Source: Fimbriimonadia bacterium
GTDB lineage: Bacteria; Armatimonadota; Fimbriimonadia; Fimbriimonadales; JABRVX01
Reading direction: 5' to 3'
DNA length: 64,000 nt
Assembly (NCBI GenBank): GCA_041483895.1
Contig: JBGPGO010000007.1
Span: forward strand, 1-64,000
This document shows positions 1 through 9,168 of this stretch, in pieces (position 1 is the first letter of the stretch; the number at the start of each line of letters is the position of its first letter). Both the position numbers and the translations under genes were made by a program. The notes under the pieces were generated by a model. That model saw only the letters and a list, made by a program, of their open reading frames with translations. It ran no database searches and was not told the origin of the DNA.

Positions 1-128
1 TCCGTCGAACGGACACCCCCGGCCTCGGGCTCAATCTTTCAACCGGGAACTGACTCCCAGGGATTCCTTCGAGCACAGATCGAGGCCGGGTTCCTAGTGA
101 CTAGATTTCGGGATAAGAATAACACACA

Positions 129-155
129 AGGGATTCCTCGCAAGCTCGGAATGAC
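129..155. repeat. Half copy of the REP-like palindromic element (AGGGATTCCTCG-CAAGCTCGGAATGAC)
   Basis: Matches the right arm of the 6661-6750 inverted repeat with a 1-nt deletion. Confidence 0.75.
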
Positions 156-300
156 AACCCTCCGGCCCCGACGCGGTATTCTTGATCATCAAACCGTATC
201 AAATACGGGATGTGTCGGGGTCCACTGCCGCCGCAACGTGTGGCATGCCACTCACCAAGACCCCGACACTAGTTTGCAATCTGACCCTTGGGGTAACACT

Positions 301-567
301 ATGAAAGACTATCACATCAACGTGTTCTATAGCGAAGAGGACGGTGGCTATATCGCCGACATCCCCGATCTAAAACATTGCTCGGCGTTCGGCGCTACAC
401 CGGAAGAGGCCGTTCACGAGGTGCTGCTGGCCAAGACGCTCTGGATTGAGGCGGCGAAACACGAAGGCCTCCCAGTCCCCGCTCCCACATTCCGCCCGGC
501 GATCTACAAGGTCGTTGCGGAGCGCCGCCATGCTGAGTTTTTCGAAGCATCCCACTCATCGTTCTGA
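301..567 (+). CDS. HicB-like antitoxin (type II TA), no adjacent HicA seen
   Basis: YHINVFYSEEDGGYIADIPDLKHCSAFGATPEEAV...EGLPVPAP, a typical HicB N-terminal RNase H-like fold. Confidence 0.85.
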   Translation: MKDYHINVFYSEEDGGYIADIPDLKHCSAFGATPEEAVHEVLLAKTLWIEAAKHEGLPVPAPTFRPAIYKVVAERRHAEFFEASHSSF

Positions 568-689
568 GAGTGCCCGACGATTCCGGTAAGCAGAGCCGAC
601 GATGGCGGCGGTGCCGTGGGGACACCCCTACATATCGGTGCCGATATGGGCAGTACTTTTAGCGTCTACAACCCAAGTGACAATCGCAG

Positions 690-1880
690 CTATTTGGTCT
701 CCGTGCCATATTCGATGTCGAGGCGGATATTCTCATATTCATCCCTTAAGATCGCTATGAAGTTCTCGCCATTCGCTATCCGCTTCAAGTGGCTCAAATT
801 CAGCACTATTATCGAGATTCCATGCTGTTGCTGCATCTTTACAACCTCGCGCTTCGCAGCCCTAAGAGCGCCAGCACGTCTCCGATGGTTGCTAAACTCA
901 CCAGTGATGCCATCCCTCGCAAAAACTACGCCGCACTTACACCGTGCGGCATCCAATATCCTCCCAAACTTCGCGATGTAGGTAAATCCGACTGGCTTTT
1001 CCCAATCTTTGCATTCAACGATAACGTATCTGCCGATTTCTGATCGAAAGTCCAAGTAGTGTCCATCGAACGAAACAAGGACGTCGTAGTCGGAACCAGT
1101 TCCAGTCGTCACCCCGATTTTCGTCCTTGCACCCGGCACGCAATCAAACATGTATGACGCCAATAATTCAAGGTTCTTTCCAGAGTCCTTGCCAAGCCTC
1201 TCTATAAGGCGGGATGCGTAATCTTGGTTGATCTGGAAGACATGACACTCCGCTGGGGACGGAACGGTGCTCGTCCATGGGCCAACGGATCCTTGGACAT
1301 CTTGCAGTATCCGCTCTGCCCAGCGATCGCTAGCTTTCAATTCGCAAAATGCCTTGAAGGATCCCGCACAGAATTCGTCAATTTGCGGGATAGGGATACC
1401 GAAAGTGTATTGCAGCAATTTCGGTGTCCCGCGCGTTTCCCAATTGATAAATCCTTCGTCATCAACCGCGTCTTCTACGAGCGAAAGCATTGCTGATCGC
1501 AAAGCCAATGCGGAGTGACCCATTTTTAGGCGGAAAATGCTCAACCAGTACGGCGGGACGCCTTTATGGATATAGGCCCTTTTCCTGGTTTGAATTCTCT
1601 GCATGCGCGCATAAACAGCGGTGACGATCGAGATGGCCTGCGAGGTTAGGCCGAAGTCTGCGATTGCCCGCGCAAAATTGACATATTCGTACTGTGCCAC
1701 TGCTACATTGCGATCGCGGACCAGCAGCTCAGCCGCCATCACAAATCTTACGTCGACGTCGTAAGGAATCGAATAGCGTTGGTCCATGCCAATAATTCCG
1801 ACATGAGACTTCCATTTCTCTAGAGCGTACATCATGTCTGGGTCGAGGATCGTCATTCGATGCCTCGATAGCTCGCGCAA
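690..1880 (-). CDS. Protein with a C-terminal Mrr-like PD-(D/E)xK restriction endonuclease domain
   Basis: GKNLELLASYMF...DYDVLV...VIVECKDWEKPVG...GVVFARDGITG; start uncertain (may be 1856). Confidence 0.75.
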   Translation of the reverse strand: MRELSRHRMTILDPDMMYALEKWKSHVGIIGMDQRYSIPYDVDVRFVMAAELLVRDRNVAVAQYEYVNFARAIADFGLTSQAISIVTAVYARMQRIQTRKRAYIHKGVPPYWLSIFRLKMGHSALALRSAMLSLVEDAVDDEGFINWETRGTPKLLQYTFGIPIPQIDEFCAGSFKAFCELKASDRWAERILQDVQGSVGPWTSTVPSPAECHVFQINQDYASRLIERLGKDSGKNLELLASYMFDCVPGARTKIGVTTGTGSDYDVLVSFDGHYLDFRSEIGRYVIVECKDWEKPVGFTYIAKFGRILDAARCKCGVVFARDGITGEFSNHRRRAGALRAAKREVVKMQQQHGISIIVLNLSHLKRIANGENFIAILRDEYENIRLDIEYGTETK

Positions 1881-1911
1881 TTGAGGCTATATCCATAGTC
1901 GGCTTGCACGA

Positions 1912-1944
1912 AGTTAGCCTCAGTAGGAGGATCTGCTGAGGCAT
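1912..1944 (+). repeat. Palindromic element, copy 1 (GCCTCAGTAGG-AGGA-TCTGCTGAGGC)
   Basis: 11-bp stem with G-U pairs; an inverted copy is at 5267-5299. Confidence 0.7.
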
Positions 1945-1970
1945 TGTACCAATCATCCTGCGCCACGTTC

Positions 1971-1994
1971 GTTTCGGGAGTGAACTCCCGAAAC
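1971..1994. other. Perfect 10-bp hairpin GTTTCGGGAG-TGAA-CTCCCGAAAC (REP-like or terminator-like)
   Basis: Perfect inverted repeat just downstream of the minus-strand gene ending at 2019; no adjacent U-tract on the minus strand. Confidence 0.5.
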
Positions 1995-2018
1995 ACCAAA
2001 AAAATCCTCAGCAGTACG

Positions 2019-3125
2019 TTAGAATTCTTCAGGCCTGTTCTCGCTTTCCGAACCCGGGCGCAATAGCTGCAGGTTGTCTATATCCAGGTCGGTTGGAGCC
2101 CGTAGGAACCGATTTGTCTCGCGCCGATCCCTTAGCCGGTTCTCCAGGCTCTCTATACCCCGATCCACTTGCTTTGAAATATCCGGTCGATATCCAGTTG
2201 GTAACGAAATGACATCGCCGCCGCCGATATGCACATCGAAGTGCCCTAAGAATCCCCAACGATTCTTCCGTCGACGGGTCAGTTTTCGCAAGCGCGCCAA
2301 AGAGCGATGAGAGCCAACCTTACTAAGTGCTTCGATTGCCGCAATATTAATGCCGTAGCTCCAATATGGAGAGAAACCGCACAGATTCTCAATTACACTC
2401 AAATCACCGGGCGAAAGAGTGGCGGAATGTCTAGCGTCAACAACACCCAAGAGCGCTATAAGGGTGTTCACGCCTTCTCCACTGACCACACCTGCCAATA
2501 CCGCTCTTCCCAATGGGGCGATCGCTCTAATGTCGCCAAGCCCCCGCAAAGCCATGGAAGCCCCTTTGCTCTCTTCGCGCCAGCACACCGTGAGATAGAG
2601 GATCGCGCCTATCGCCCAAAACGGCCACAAAATACCAATCCAATTGATGTCCGCGAAACCTGCAGCCAACAACGCTAAACCCACCAAAGTGCAGACAATC
2701 TGGACTCTTCGCCTTGACGTCGGTATTGTCTCCAGTAGTGATTTCAACGCCGGATCCCGATCCAGGATTCCTAACGCCTGGCCGATTTCGACGGCGTTGT
2801 CGGGATTGTCTTTGAGCTCATCGAGAAGACCGGGGAATACCGCTGATCTATATACGGACAGTCCGGCGTTCGCAGCTCCTGATACCCTCGTATTACTGCT
2901 TGTAGTGCACACACCCAAGGTTATTATGCGCTTCACCAAATCGCCGCGAATTATCTGCCGCCGTTTGCCGCAATTCTGACACTTCCAGAAGCCACCCCGA
3001 CTCGGCATTGGCTCCGGACAGCGTTCGCCACATTCCCGACAAAACGCGAGGAGCTTGTCCTCTTCGAATGGCGGAAGTGCGCAACTCGCTACGACTTCAG
3101 CCGACAAATGTGCCATAAGCGTCAC
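2019..3125 (-). CDS. Hypothetical membrane protein: N-terminal Zn ribbon, 2 TM segments, HEAT-like region, C-terminal xLRA..LLRP motif
   Basis: CRECG...CQNCG; hydrophobic pair; tail FLRAPTDLDIDNLQLLRPG. Confidence 0.65.
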   Translation of the reverse strand: MTLMAHLSAEVVASCALPPFEEDKLLAFCRECGERCPEPMPSRGGFWKCQNCGKRRQIIRGDLVKRIITLGVCTTSSNTRVSGAANAGLSVYRSAVFPGLLDELKDNPDNAVEIGQALGILDRDPALKSLLETIPTSRRRVQIVCTLVGLALLAAGFADINWIGILWPFWAIGAILYLTVCWREESKGASMALRGLGDIRAIAPLGRAVLAGVVSGEGVNTLIALLGVVDARHSATLSPGDLSVIENLCGFSPYWSYGINIAAIEALSKVGSHRSLARLRKLTRRRKNRWGFLGHFDVHIGGGDVISLPTGYRPDISKQVDRGIESLENRLRDRRETNRFLRAPTDLDIDNLQLLRPGSESENRPEEF

Positions 3126-4219
3126 ACCCGTATCACCGACCGGATTACCGCCCCCGTCTCCATCTCGTGGAAGGCATCCTCCACATCCCCAAGCCCAATC
3201 TCCCTCGTCACCATGCTATCCAGGTCCAACTGACCCGACATATACAGATCCGCCAGCAGGGGGAAGTCGTGGGACGGCAGCGTGTCGCCCGCGTGGCACA
3301 CATGCAGCGAGGCCTTGTTCCAATACACGCCCGTGTCCATGTCCGCCAAATCCAAAGTAACAGAAGCCCCCGTTTCCGGCAGTCCGATGTGCGTCGCCGT
3401 CCCCGCGTACGCCAACATGCGAATCGCCTGCTCGATGCACTGCGAAGTGCCCACCGCCTCGAACGCGAAATCCACCCCGTCCCCCGACAGCGCGCGCACC
3501 GCCGCGACCGGATCGCCCTCGCGCGCGTTCACCACATCCGTCGCGCCAAACTTGCGCGCCCACTCCAACTTGATCGGCATAACATCCACTCCGATAATCT
3601 GCTTCGCGTGGCACAGCTTGGCCCCTTGAATCACACTTAGGCCCACACCGCCGCAACCAATCACGGCAACGCGAGCGCCGCGCCACACCGGGGTGGTATT
3701 GAACGTCGCGCCGACACCCGTCACCACGCCGCACGCGATGAGGCATGCCTTCTCCAGCGGCACGTCGCTGCGCATCTTGATCGCGGCCTTGCTGTGTACC
3801 ACGGTATGCGTCGCCATCGTGCCACAACGCAACACCTGCGAGCACACCGCGCCGTCCGGTTTACGCTTCAAGCGAAGGCCGGGACGCAGCGCCATCCAAC
3901 ACCGCCGCGGATCGCCCCGCCTGCACGCGGGACACTGCTCGCACGGCGCTCGGTAGGCGATAACCACCGGGTCCCCCACAGAAAGATGCGTTACCCCGGC
4001 GCCCACCTCTTCGATATATCCCGCACCCTCGTGACCCAGCACGATCGGAAACTGCATCCCCATCCCATTCATGTTTTTGATATGCAGATCCGTGTGACAG
4101 ACGCCGCTGGCGACGATGCGCACCATCACCTCGTTCGGCCCCGGCGGATCGATGGTGATATCTTCCACAGTGGCCGGTTGGCCCGGCGCGTTTAGCAGTA
4201 CCGCTTTCCCTTCCATCAC
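3122..4219 (-). CDS. Zn-dependent alcohol dehydrogenase (class III / MscR-like)
   Basis: GVCHTD, GHEGAG, structural Zn CxxCxxC...C, GCGGVG Rossmann motif. Confidence 0.92.
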   Translation of the reverse strand: MMEGKAVLLNAPGQPATVEDITIDPPGPNEVMVRIVASGVCHTDLHIKNMNGMGMQFPIVLGHEGAGYIEEVGAGVTHLSVGDPVVIAYRAPCEQCPACRRGDPRRCWMALRPGLRLKRKPDGAVCSQVLRCGTMATHTVVHSKAAIKMRSDVPLEKACLIACGVVTGVGATFNTTPVWRGARVAVIGCGGVGLSVIQGAKLCHAKQIIGVDVMPIKLEWARKFGATDVVNAREGDPVAAVRALSGDGVDFAFEAVGTSQCIEQAIRMLAYAGTATHIGLPETGASVTLDLADMDTGVYWNKASLHVCHAGDTLPSHDFPLLADLYMSGQLDLDSMVTREIGLGDVEDAFHEMETGAVIRSVIRV

Positions 4220-5253
4220 CTAACCTTCTTAAGCAATGTGATACGTCCGATCGGCACCCACTCCACTACCAGTATGTCGCCGTTGTGCAGGAACTTTGCC
4301 GCGTGCGGATGGATGAACTTACCGGGAATAAAGTCGCTGCGAGGATGCCCGCGCAAATTCGAAGGATCGCCATCACCTAGCGATGCCACCACTTTATTAT
4401 TCTTATCTACTATGGTGACGACGCTGCGCAGGTCCGGCACCACCATCAGCTCGCCGCGGATATGGAAATGGCATGGCTGTCGCATCCCTTCCGTCGAGAA
4501 CTTGACATGCTTGCCGTCCAATGTGAAGTATTGCATCCGCGCGTTGGCCCGGTCCGCTACCACTATCAGTGGATTGTGCTTATCTCGATCATCCAGCCAG
4601 ATGCCATGCGCGTTGGATACCTTGCCAGGCTCCGTCCCCCGTCCGCCGAACACGCGCACAAACTCGCCCTTGATCGTCCACTGGGTGATCCAATCGGAGC
4701 CATACCCGTCGGTAACATAGAAGTCGCCATGCGGATGAAACGCCACGTTTGTGGGGACAAAAACAGGGTCCTTCGCGGGATAAACGCCCGCCTCCACGGG
4801 CACACCTTTTTCCCACATCACTTTGCCGTCCAGGTCGGTCTTTACCACCTGGCGATGCGCGATGTCGCAGTGATACAGATACTCGTGCCCGCTCTCCTTG
4901 CGCAGGTCCAGCCCGTGTCCGCCGCCGCGGAACCGCTCGCCCCAGGATTTTAGGAATTTTCCGTTTTTGTCGAACACCAAAATGGCGTCGCCCTTGGGGC
5001 TGTCCGGATGCACGGTGTGGCTGATGTAGATGCGGCCCTTTCCGTCTTGGGCGATGCCGTGGGTATCGCCCCACAGGATGTCGCTGGGGGGCTGGAGCCA
5101 GTCGTGGTGGCACTCATATTTGTGCTCTCCGCTGCCGACGATGATCTTCTTGTCCGGGTCCGTTGGGAGGCCGCGGACGATGCGCGCCATCGCCACTCCC
5201 GCCGCCGCCGTCCCTGCCTTCTTGATAAACTCGCGTCTGGTTATGTCGTCCAT
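4216..5253 (-). CDS. Tat-exported NHL-repeat beta-propeller protein (peptidylglycine-amidating-lyase-like)
   Basis: TRREFIK Tat signal; HGIAQD, PTNVAF, YVTDGYG, HGIWLD, VADRAN repeats. Confidence 0.85.
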   Translation of the reverse strand: MDDITRREFIKKAGTAAAGVAMARIVRGLPTDPDKKIIVGSGEHKYECHHDWLQPPSDILWGDTHGIAQDGKGRIYISHTVHPDSPKGDAILVFDKNGKFLKSWGERFRGGGHGLDLRKESGHEYLYHCDIAHRQVVKTDLDGKVMWEKGVPVEAGVYPAKDPVFVPTNVAFHPHGDFYVTDGYGSDWITQWTIKGEFVRVFGGRGTEPGKVSNAHGIWLDDRDKHNPLIVVADRANARMQYFTLDGKHVKFSTEGMRQPCHFHIRGELMVVPDLRSVVTIVDKNNKVVASLGDGDPSNLRGHPRSDFIPGKFIHPHAAKFLHNGDILVVEWVPIGRITLLKKVR

Positions 5254-5266
5254 GACTCAGGATTCG

Positions 5267-5299
5267 ATGCCTCAACAGGTCCTCCTGTTGAGGCTTACT
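5267..5299 (-). repeat. Palindromic element, copy 2 (GCCTCAACAGG-TCCT-CCTGTTGAGGC)
   Basis: Perfect 11-bp stem; inverted homologue of 1912-1944. Confidence 0.7.
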
Positions 5300-5645
5300 G
5301 TATCGAATGACCTTGCAGTAGCTCACCGAATGTGTCGGCGAGGAATTGGCTAATGTTGGAGGCTTGGCACATTGGGAGGGCATTGAACACGAGGACGAGG
5401 CAGTCTGTGAAGCGCCATTTGAGGCCGGACATGACCTCAAAGTCTAGCGTGGATTTGTAGAGGCACGGTGCGGTCTGCCAGTCCCCTGTACGGGAAAGCT
5501 TCGCCCGTGCGTTGATATCGTGCCATGCCAAAAAAGGTCTCGCAGCCTGGAGGATCATGTCGGCCTGCGCCAAGCATTGGTTCTCGAAAGCAGCCACGTC
5601 GGTGGCTGATTCGAAGGTTGGAGACTCTGGTTCCATTTGGGTCAT
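5295..5645 (-). CDS. Hypothetical protein
   Basis: ORF fills the gap between co-oriented genes; no motif recognised. Confidence 0.4.
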   Translation of the reverse strand: MTQMEPESPTFESATDVAAFENQCLAQADMILQAARPFLAWHDINARAKLSRTGDWQTAPCLYKSTLDFEVMSGLKWRFTDCLVLVFNALPMCQASNISQFLADTFGELLQGHSIQ

Positions 5646-5745
5646 CCCAATGAGGTTACCTCGAACTGGTGGTGGCCACACAACTCGGGTCTTCGTTGCT
5701 ATCGAATGGAAACCCTCAAGACAAACCGACCCGCGGCTACGGAAT

Positions 5746-6489
5746 TTAAATCTGCTTTCGCCGCCGAGCCAATAGCAGAGCCCCGGCGCCGAGCACCAAC
5801 ACCACAGACGGTTCCGGCACCACCTTCATGTTGTTGAAATACATGTCGTTCATGGAAATGTTGCCGACAGCAATCGCCTGCCCGACGTAGTAGTTCGAAA
5901 TCGGAGCGACCGCGTTCAACGTGTAGTTCGACGAAGTCATCAAATCCGTTACACTCACAATCGCGGTGGTCGCGCTCGTCCACATATACTCCACGTGCAG
6001 CCCGCCGTCGGTCGCGGGGATGGCCGTCCCCACCCGCCCGTTCGTATCTTGGAACCAATAGTTGGTCGCCGCGCCGTCCAGACCCAGGAAAATCGACCCG
6101 AGCCCCCACTGCTGCACCTGCGCGCCAGGAGGAATATGGCCCGTATCGATATCCCAGCTAACGACCCAACCGACCTGTACGGTCGCTGCGATGCCGCGAT
6201 AAAAATACGGGTAGGTGGGTCCCTGAACCGGGGCGTCGATTCCCCAGGCCCTGCCGGCCGAATTGATGCCCGGCCCGCCGAAAAACCCGTTTGTGTTGGA
6301 ATCGCCCACGAAGAACGTCCCGCCGCTGGGAAATATCTGCCACGGCAATAACCCGTAGCCACCGTTTTGGCCGTTGCTCCAACCGGAGTTATAAACCGGA
6401 TCGGCGGCGCTGTCAAAGGCGACGATGGCTGCGTTCGCCACACCCATGAGCATAAGAGCCATGCCCGAGAAAACTGTACGTGCGGTCAT
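5746..6489 (-). CDS. PEP-CTERM sorting-domain surface protein
   Basis: Signal peptide MTARTVFSGMALMLMGVANA; C-terminus VPEPSVVLVLGAGALLLARRRK. Confidence 0.92.
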   Translation of the reverse strand: MTARTVFSGMALMLMGVANAAIVAFDSAADPVYNSGWSNGQNGGYGLLPWQIFPSGGTFFVGDSNTNGFFGGPGINSAGRAWGIDAPVQGPTYPYFYRGIAATVQVGWVVSWDIDTGHIPPGAQVQQWGLGSIFLGLDGAATNYWFQDTNGRVGTAIPATDGGLHVEYMWTSATTAIVSVTDLMTSSNYTLNAVAPISNYYVGQAIAVGNISMNDMYFNNMKVVPEPSVVLVLGAGALLLARRRKQI

Positions 6490-6660
6490 TTCACTGACCT
6501 CGCTTCCGCTGTTTCCATCCAGTGCGGCGCGGTCCGTGCCACATTGTACGGCATTTTTCACGGTTTGGCCACATTGTGAGTAGACTTTCGGGCATGTTGT
6601 TCATGGTTATGGAGCGGTTCAAGGATGTGGAGCGGACGATGAACGCCATGATCAAAGACG

Positions 6661-6750
6661 GTCATTTCGAGCTTGTCGAGAAATCCCTTTCAAAAGGTTG
6701 TCAATAATCGGGGGCTTCTGAGAGGGATTCCTCGACAAGCTCGGAATGAC
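6661..6750. repeat. REP-like long inverted repeat (28-bp arms)
   Basis: GTCATTTCGAGCTTGTCGAGAAATCCCT ... AGGGATTCCTCGACAAGCTCGGAATGAC; both mismatches would be G-U pairs in one strand's RNA. Confidence 0.85.
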
Positions 6751-6800
6751 ACAATTATCGATAAAAGGGGTATCGCAAGGCGCCATCGAATTGAACCTAC

Positions 6801-7694
6801 ATGCTCCGAGCGTTGGCGCGGTTGGACTCGATCGACCCGCGATGGCTGTATCTCGCACTCATCGCGGCGGTTGCGTTGCCGCTGGCAATCGATGTGCCGC
6901 TGCCGAGCCGCATGGGATACGAAGCGCGCGGATACTACGATGCCATCGAGCGAGTTCCGAAGAATGGAATCGTACTGATCCATAGCGATTGGGATGCCGG
7001 TGTATTGGGTGAGTTGAAGGGACAGTTCACCGCCACCATCGATCACCTTTTCTCCCGCAGCATCAAGTTTGCCATTGTGACATCCAATCCGCAAGGAACG
7101 GCGTTTTCCGATTCAGTCACGAATCGGATGGCGAAGATCTATCACAAGCAGTACGGCAAAGATTGGGTGCAACTCGGATATATCATCCCTGGCAGCAACG
7201 TTCCCCAGGCCGTGCAGGCGTTGGCAAAGGACTTCCAAGGCCAAGCGCAGTATGAGATCCGATACCATACACCGATACGTGATATTCCATGGCTGCGGAA
7301 TGTTAGCAACGCGGGTGACTTCGCCCTCATCATTAATATCATCTATCAGCCGACGAAGGAATGGCTGCAGTTCGCCACCGCGGTCTACGGGACGCCGTAC
7401 ATCGCGGGCGTTGCGAGCATCGCCAGTTCCGACATGTATCCGCTGCTCACATCGGGTCAGCTCAAAGGCATGCTTGTCGGGGCGCGCGGCGGCGCGGAAT
7501 ATGAGGCTCGCCGGGGACTGCCCGCATTCGATAAAGAGCAACACACCAGGCAAAAGACGTGGGATGATCTTGCCTTTGCCACCAAGGTCATTAAGTCTCA
7601 GAGTTTTGCGCACATATGGCTGATATTGGGAGCCGTCATCGGCAATGTCGGTTTTTATGCCCGCCGTCGGCTCCAAACGAGGGAGCAGTCGTGA
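6801..7694 (+). CDS. Conserved hypothetical membrane protein (periplasmic domain between terminal TM helices)
   Basis: YGKDWVQLGY and GQLKGMLVGARGGAEYE motifs; overlaps the start of the next gene. Confidence 0.8.
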   Translation: MLRALARLDSIDPRWLYLALIAAVALPLAIDVPLPSRMGYEARGYYDAIERVPKNGIVLIHSDWDAGVLGELKGQFTATIDHLFSRSIKFAIVTSNPQGTAFSDSVTNRMAKIYHKQYGKDWVQLGYIIPGSNVPQAVQALAKDFQGQAQYEIRYHTPIRDIPWLRNVSNAGDFALIINIIYQPTKEWLQFATAVYGTPYIAGVASIASSDMYPLLTSGQLKGMLVGARGGAEYEARRGLPAFDKEQHTRQKTWDDLAFATKVIKSQSFAHIWLILGAVIGNVGFYARRRLQTREQS

Positions 7695-8500
7695 GCCGCC
7701 TCATTCTTCCCATCGCGGCAATTCTGACAATATTGATTGTCGCCGGTTTACGCGTTCACACATACGGGTATGACGAGATTAGGGTGTGGGTGGCGGCGAT
7801 CAGCACCTTGTCGGTCCTTAGCTTCTTATACAAGGAGAACAAGGTATATCGATTTGCCGAACATGTCATGCTGGGAACTTCTATTGGCTATAACGTCGCC
7901 GCCTCTATCATGGATCTCTTGCGGTCACAATGGTGGAATCCCATGCTGGACGGTTTTGACAAGCATAATTTTGGAGCGATCTTTTTCGGGCTTTCCGCAC
8001 TGTTATTTGGTCTGTTTTGGTATGGTCTTTTTCATCCAAAAACCGAATGGCTTTCCCGGATGGTGATGGGTGTTGTTTTTGGGGCGGGGGCGGGCTTGGC
8101 GATAAAGCAGCAGTTTGCGCTCAACATGCCACAAATCACCGATTCGTTCAAGGCGCCAATCGTCTTGAACGAGGTCGGGCGAGTGAACTGGCCGCATAGT
8201 GTCAACAACATGATATTCATCGTGGCACTATTGCTCACCGTCAACTTCTTTTTCTTCAGCTCGAATCATTCGGAGCGCGTCGGCCGCGTGGTCGAACGGA
8301 TTCAGGACCGGTTGCCGTTATTCTTGAAAGGTTTTTCAGGCCTGATAACCATGCTGTTTACCGGTCGATTTTGGCTGATGTTGGCGTTTGGGGTGTTTTT
8401 TGGAAATACTGTGATGACGCGATTGTCGGTTTTTATCGAACGGATTTGGTTCTTGATTCAAGGTTGGCTGCAGCCGATCATCACCAACGCGCCCCGCTAA
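7691..8500 (+). CDS. Conserved hypothetical polytopic membrane protein
   Basis: SFLYKENKVYRFAEH, GRFWLMLAFGVFFGNTVMTRLS; several TM segments; GTGA overlap with the upstream gene. Confidence 0.8.
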   Translation: MSRLILPIAAILTILIVAGLRVHTYGYDEIRVWVAAISTLSVLSFLYKENKVYRFAEHVMLGTSIGYNVAASIMDLLRSQWWNPMLDGFDKHNFGAIFFGLSALLFGLFWYGLFHPKTEWLSRMVMGVVFGAGAGLAIKQQFALNMPQITDSFKAPIVLNEVGRVNWPHSVNNMIFIVALLLTVNFFFFSSNHSERVGRVVERIQDRLPLFLKGFSGLITMLFTGRFWLMLAFGVFFGNTVMTRLSVFIERIWFLIQGWLQPIITNAPR

Positions 8501-9012
8501 AAGGGGCCCGCGTCCGCAGCGATCGTGATGCCGTCCGGCCGCACCTCGATTGAGGTCACGGTAATGGGGATTGGCAGATCGGAAAGATCGAGCAAGGGAT
8601 TTATTTGGCTCAAAACCGATTCGACCAACCTGCTGGGAGCTCCGAATCCGGCAACGCGGACCGATGTCGGCAGAAACTCAATCATGGCGCCGTTTGCCGC
8701 AACCAGCTTGCCGGTCGCCTCGATGCCGACGGAAATCAGACTTTGTACCTTCGCGGTCACGACGATGACGCCTTCGCCAAGCATCACATCGAGGTCCTTG
8801 ACATTTTCCGGCGGGTTGGTCTCCAAAAACCGGTATACGCTGGCCGCGCTGAGCTGAGCAACCAATTTTCCAGGTTCGGGGACATTGATGCGCTGAGATA
8901 TAGGATCGTATTCCAGGTTCTTGCCCGTTAGGGTGACATTGTCGATGAGCAGACCGTTTTCCAGCGTCAGATTCTGGATTTCGACCTTTACATTGGCGGC
9001 AGTGCTTTTCAC
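8497..9012 (-). CDS. LmeA/DUF2993-like beta-rich lipid-binding protein
   Basis: Beta-strand pattern ending INPLLDLSDLPIPITVTSIEVRPDGITI. Confidence 0.6.
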   Translation of the reverse strand: MKSTAANVKVEIQNLTLENGLLIDNVTLTGKNLEYDPISQRINVPEPGKLVAQLSAASVYRFLETNPPENVKDLDVMLGEGVIVVTAKVQSLISVGIEATGKLVAANGAMIEFLPTSVRVAGFGAPSRLVESVLSQINPLLDLSDLPIPITVTSIEVRPDGITIAADAGPF

Positions 9013-9040
9013 GTCACTCCATTTTGGCAGAAACCGGCGG

Positions 9041-9049
9041 TGCTATAAT
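9041..9049 (+). promoter_or_regulatory. Extended -10 promoter (TGcTATAAT) of tRNA-Arg
   Basis: Perfect TGnTATAAT ending 8 nt upstream of the tRNA. Confidence 0.7.
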
Positions 9050-9057
9050 TTGGATGT

Positions 9058-9133
<76 letters not shown>

Positions 9134-9168
9134 AAGCAATATCCTCCACTTTTACAGGTGAATCAGGG

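Noticed and set aside
6755..6764. TTATCGATAA as a fifth recombination site
   Set aside because: It is a single 10-bp palindrome with no second arm at 6-bp spacing.
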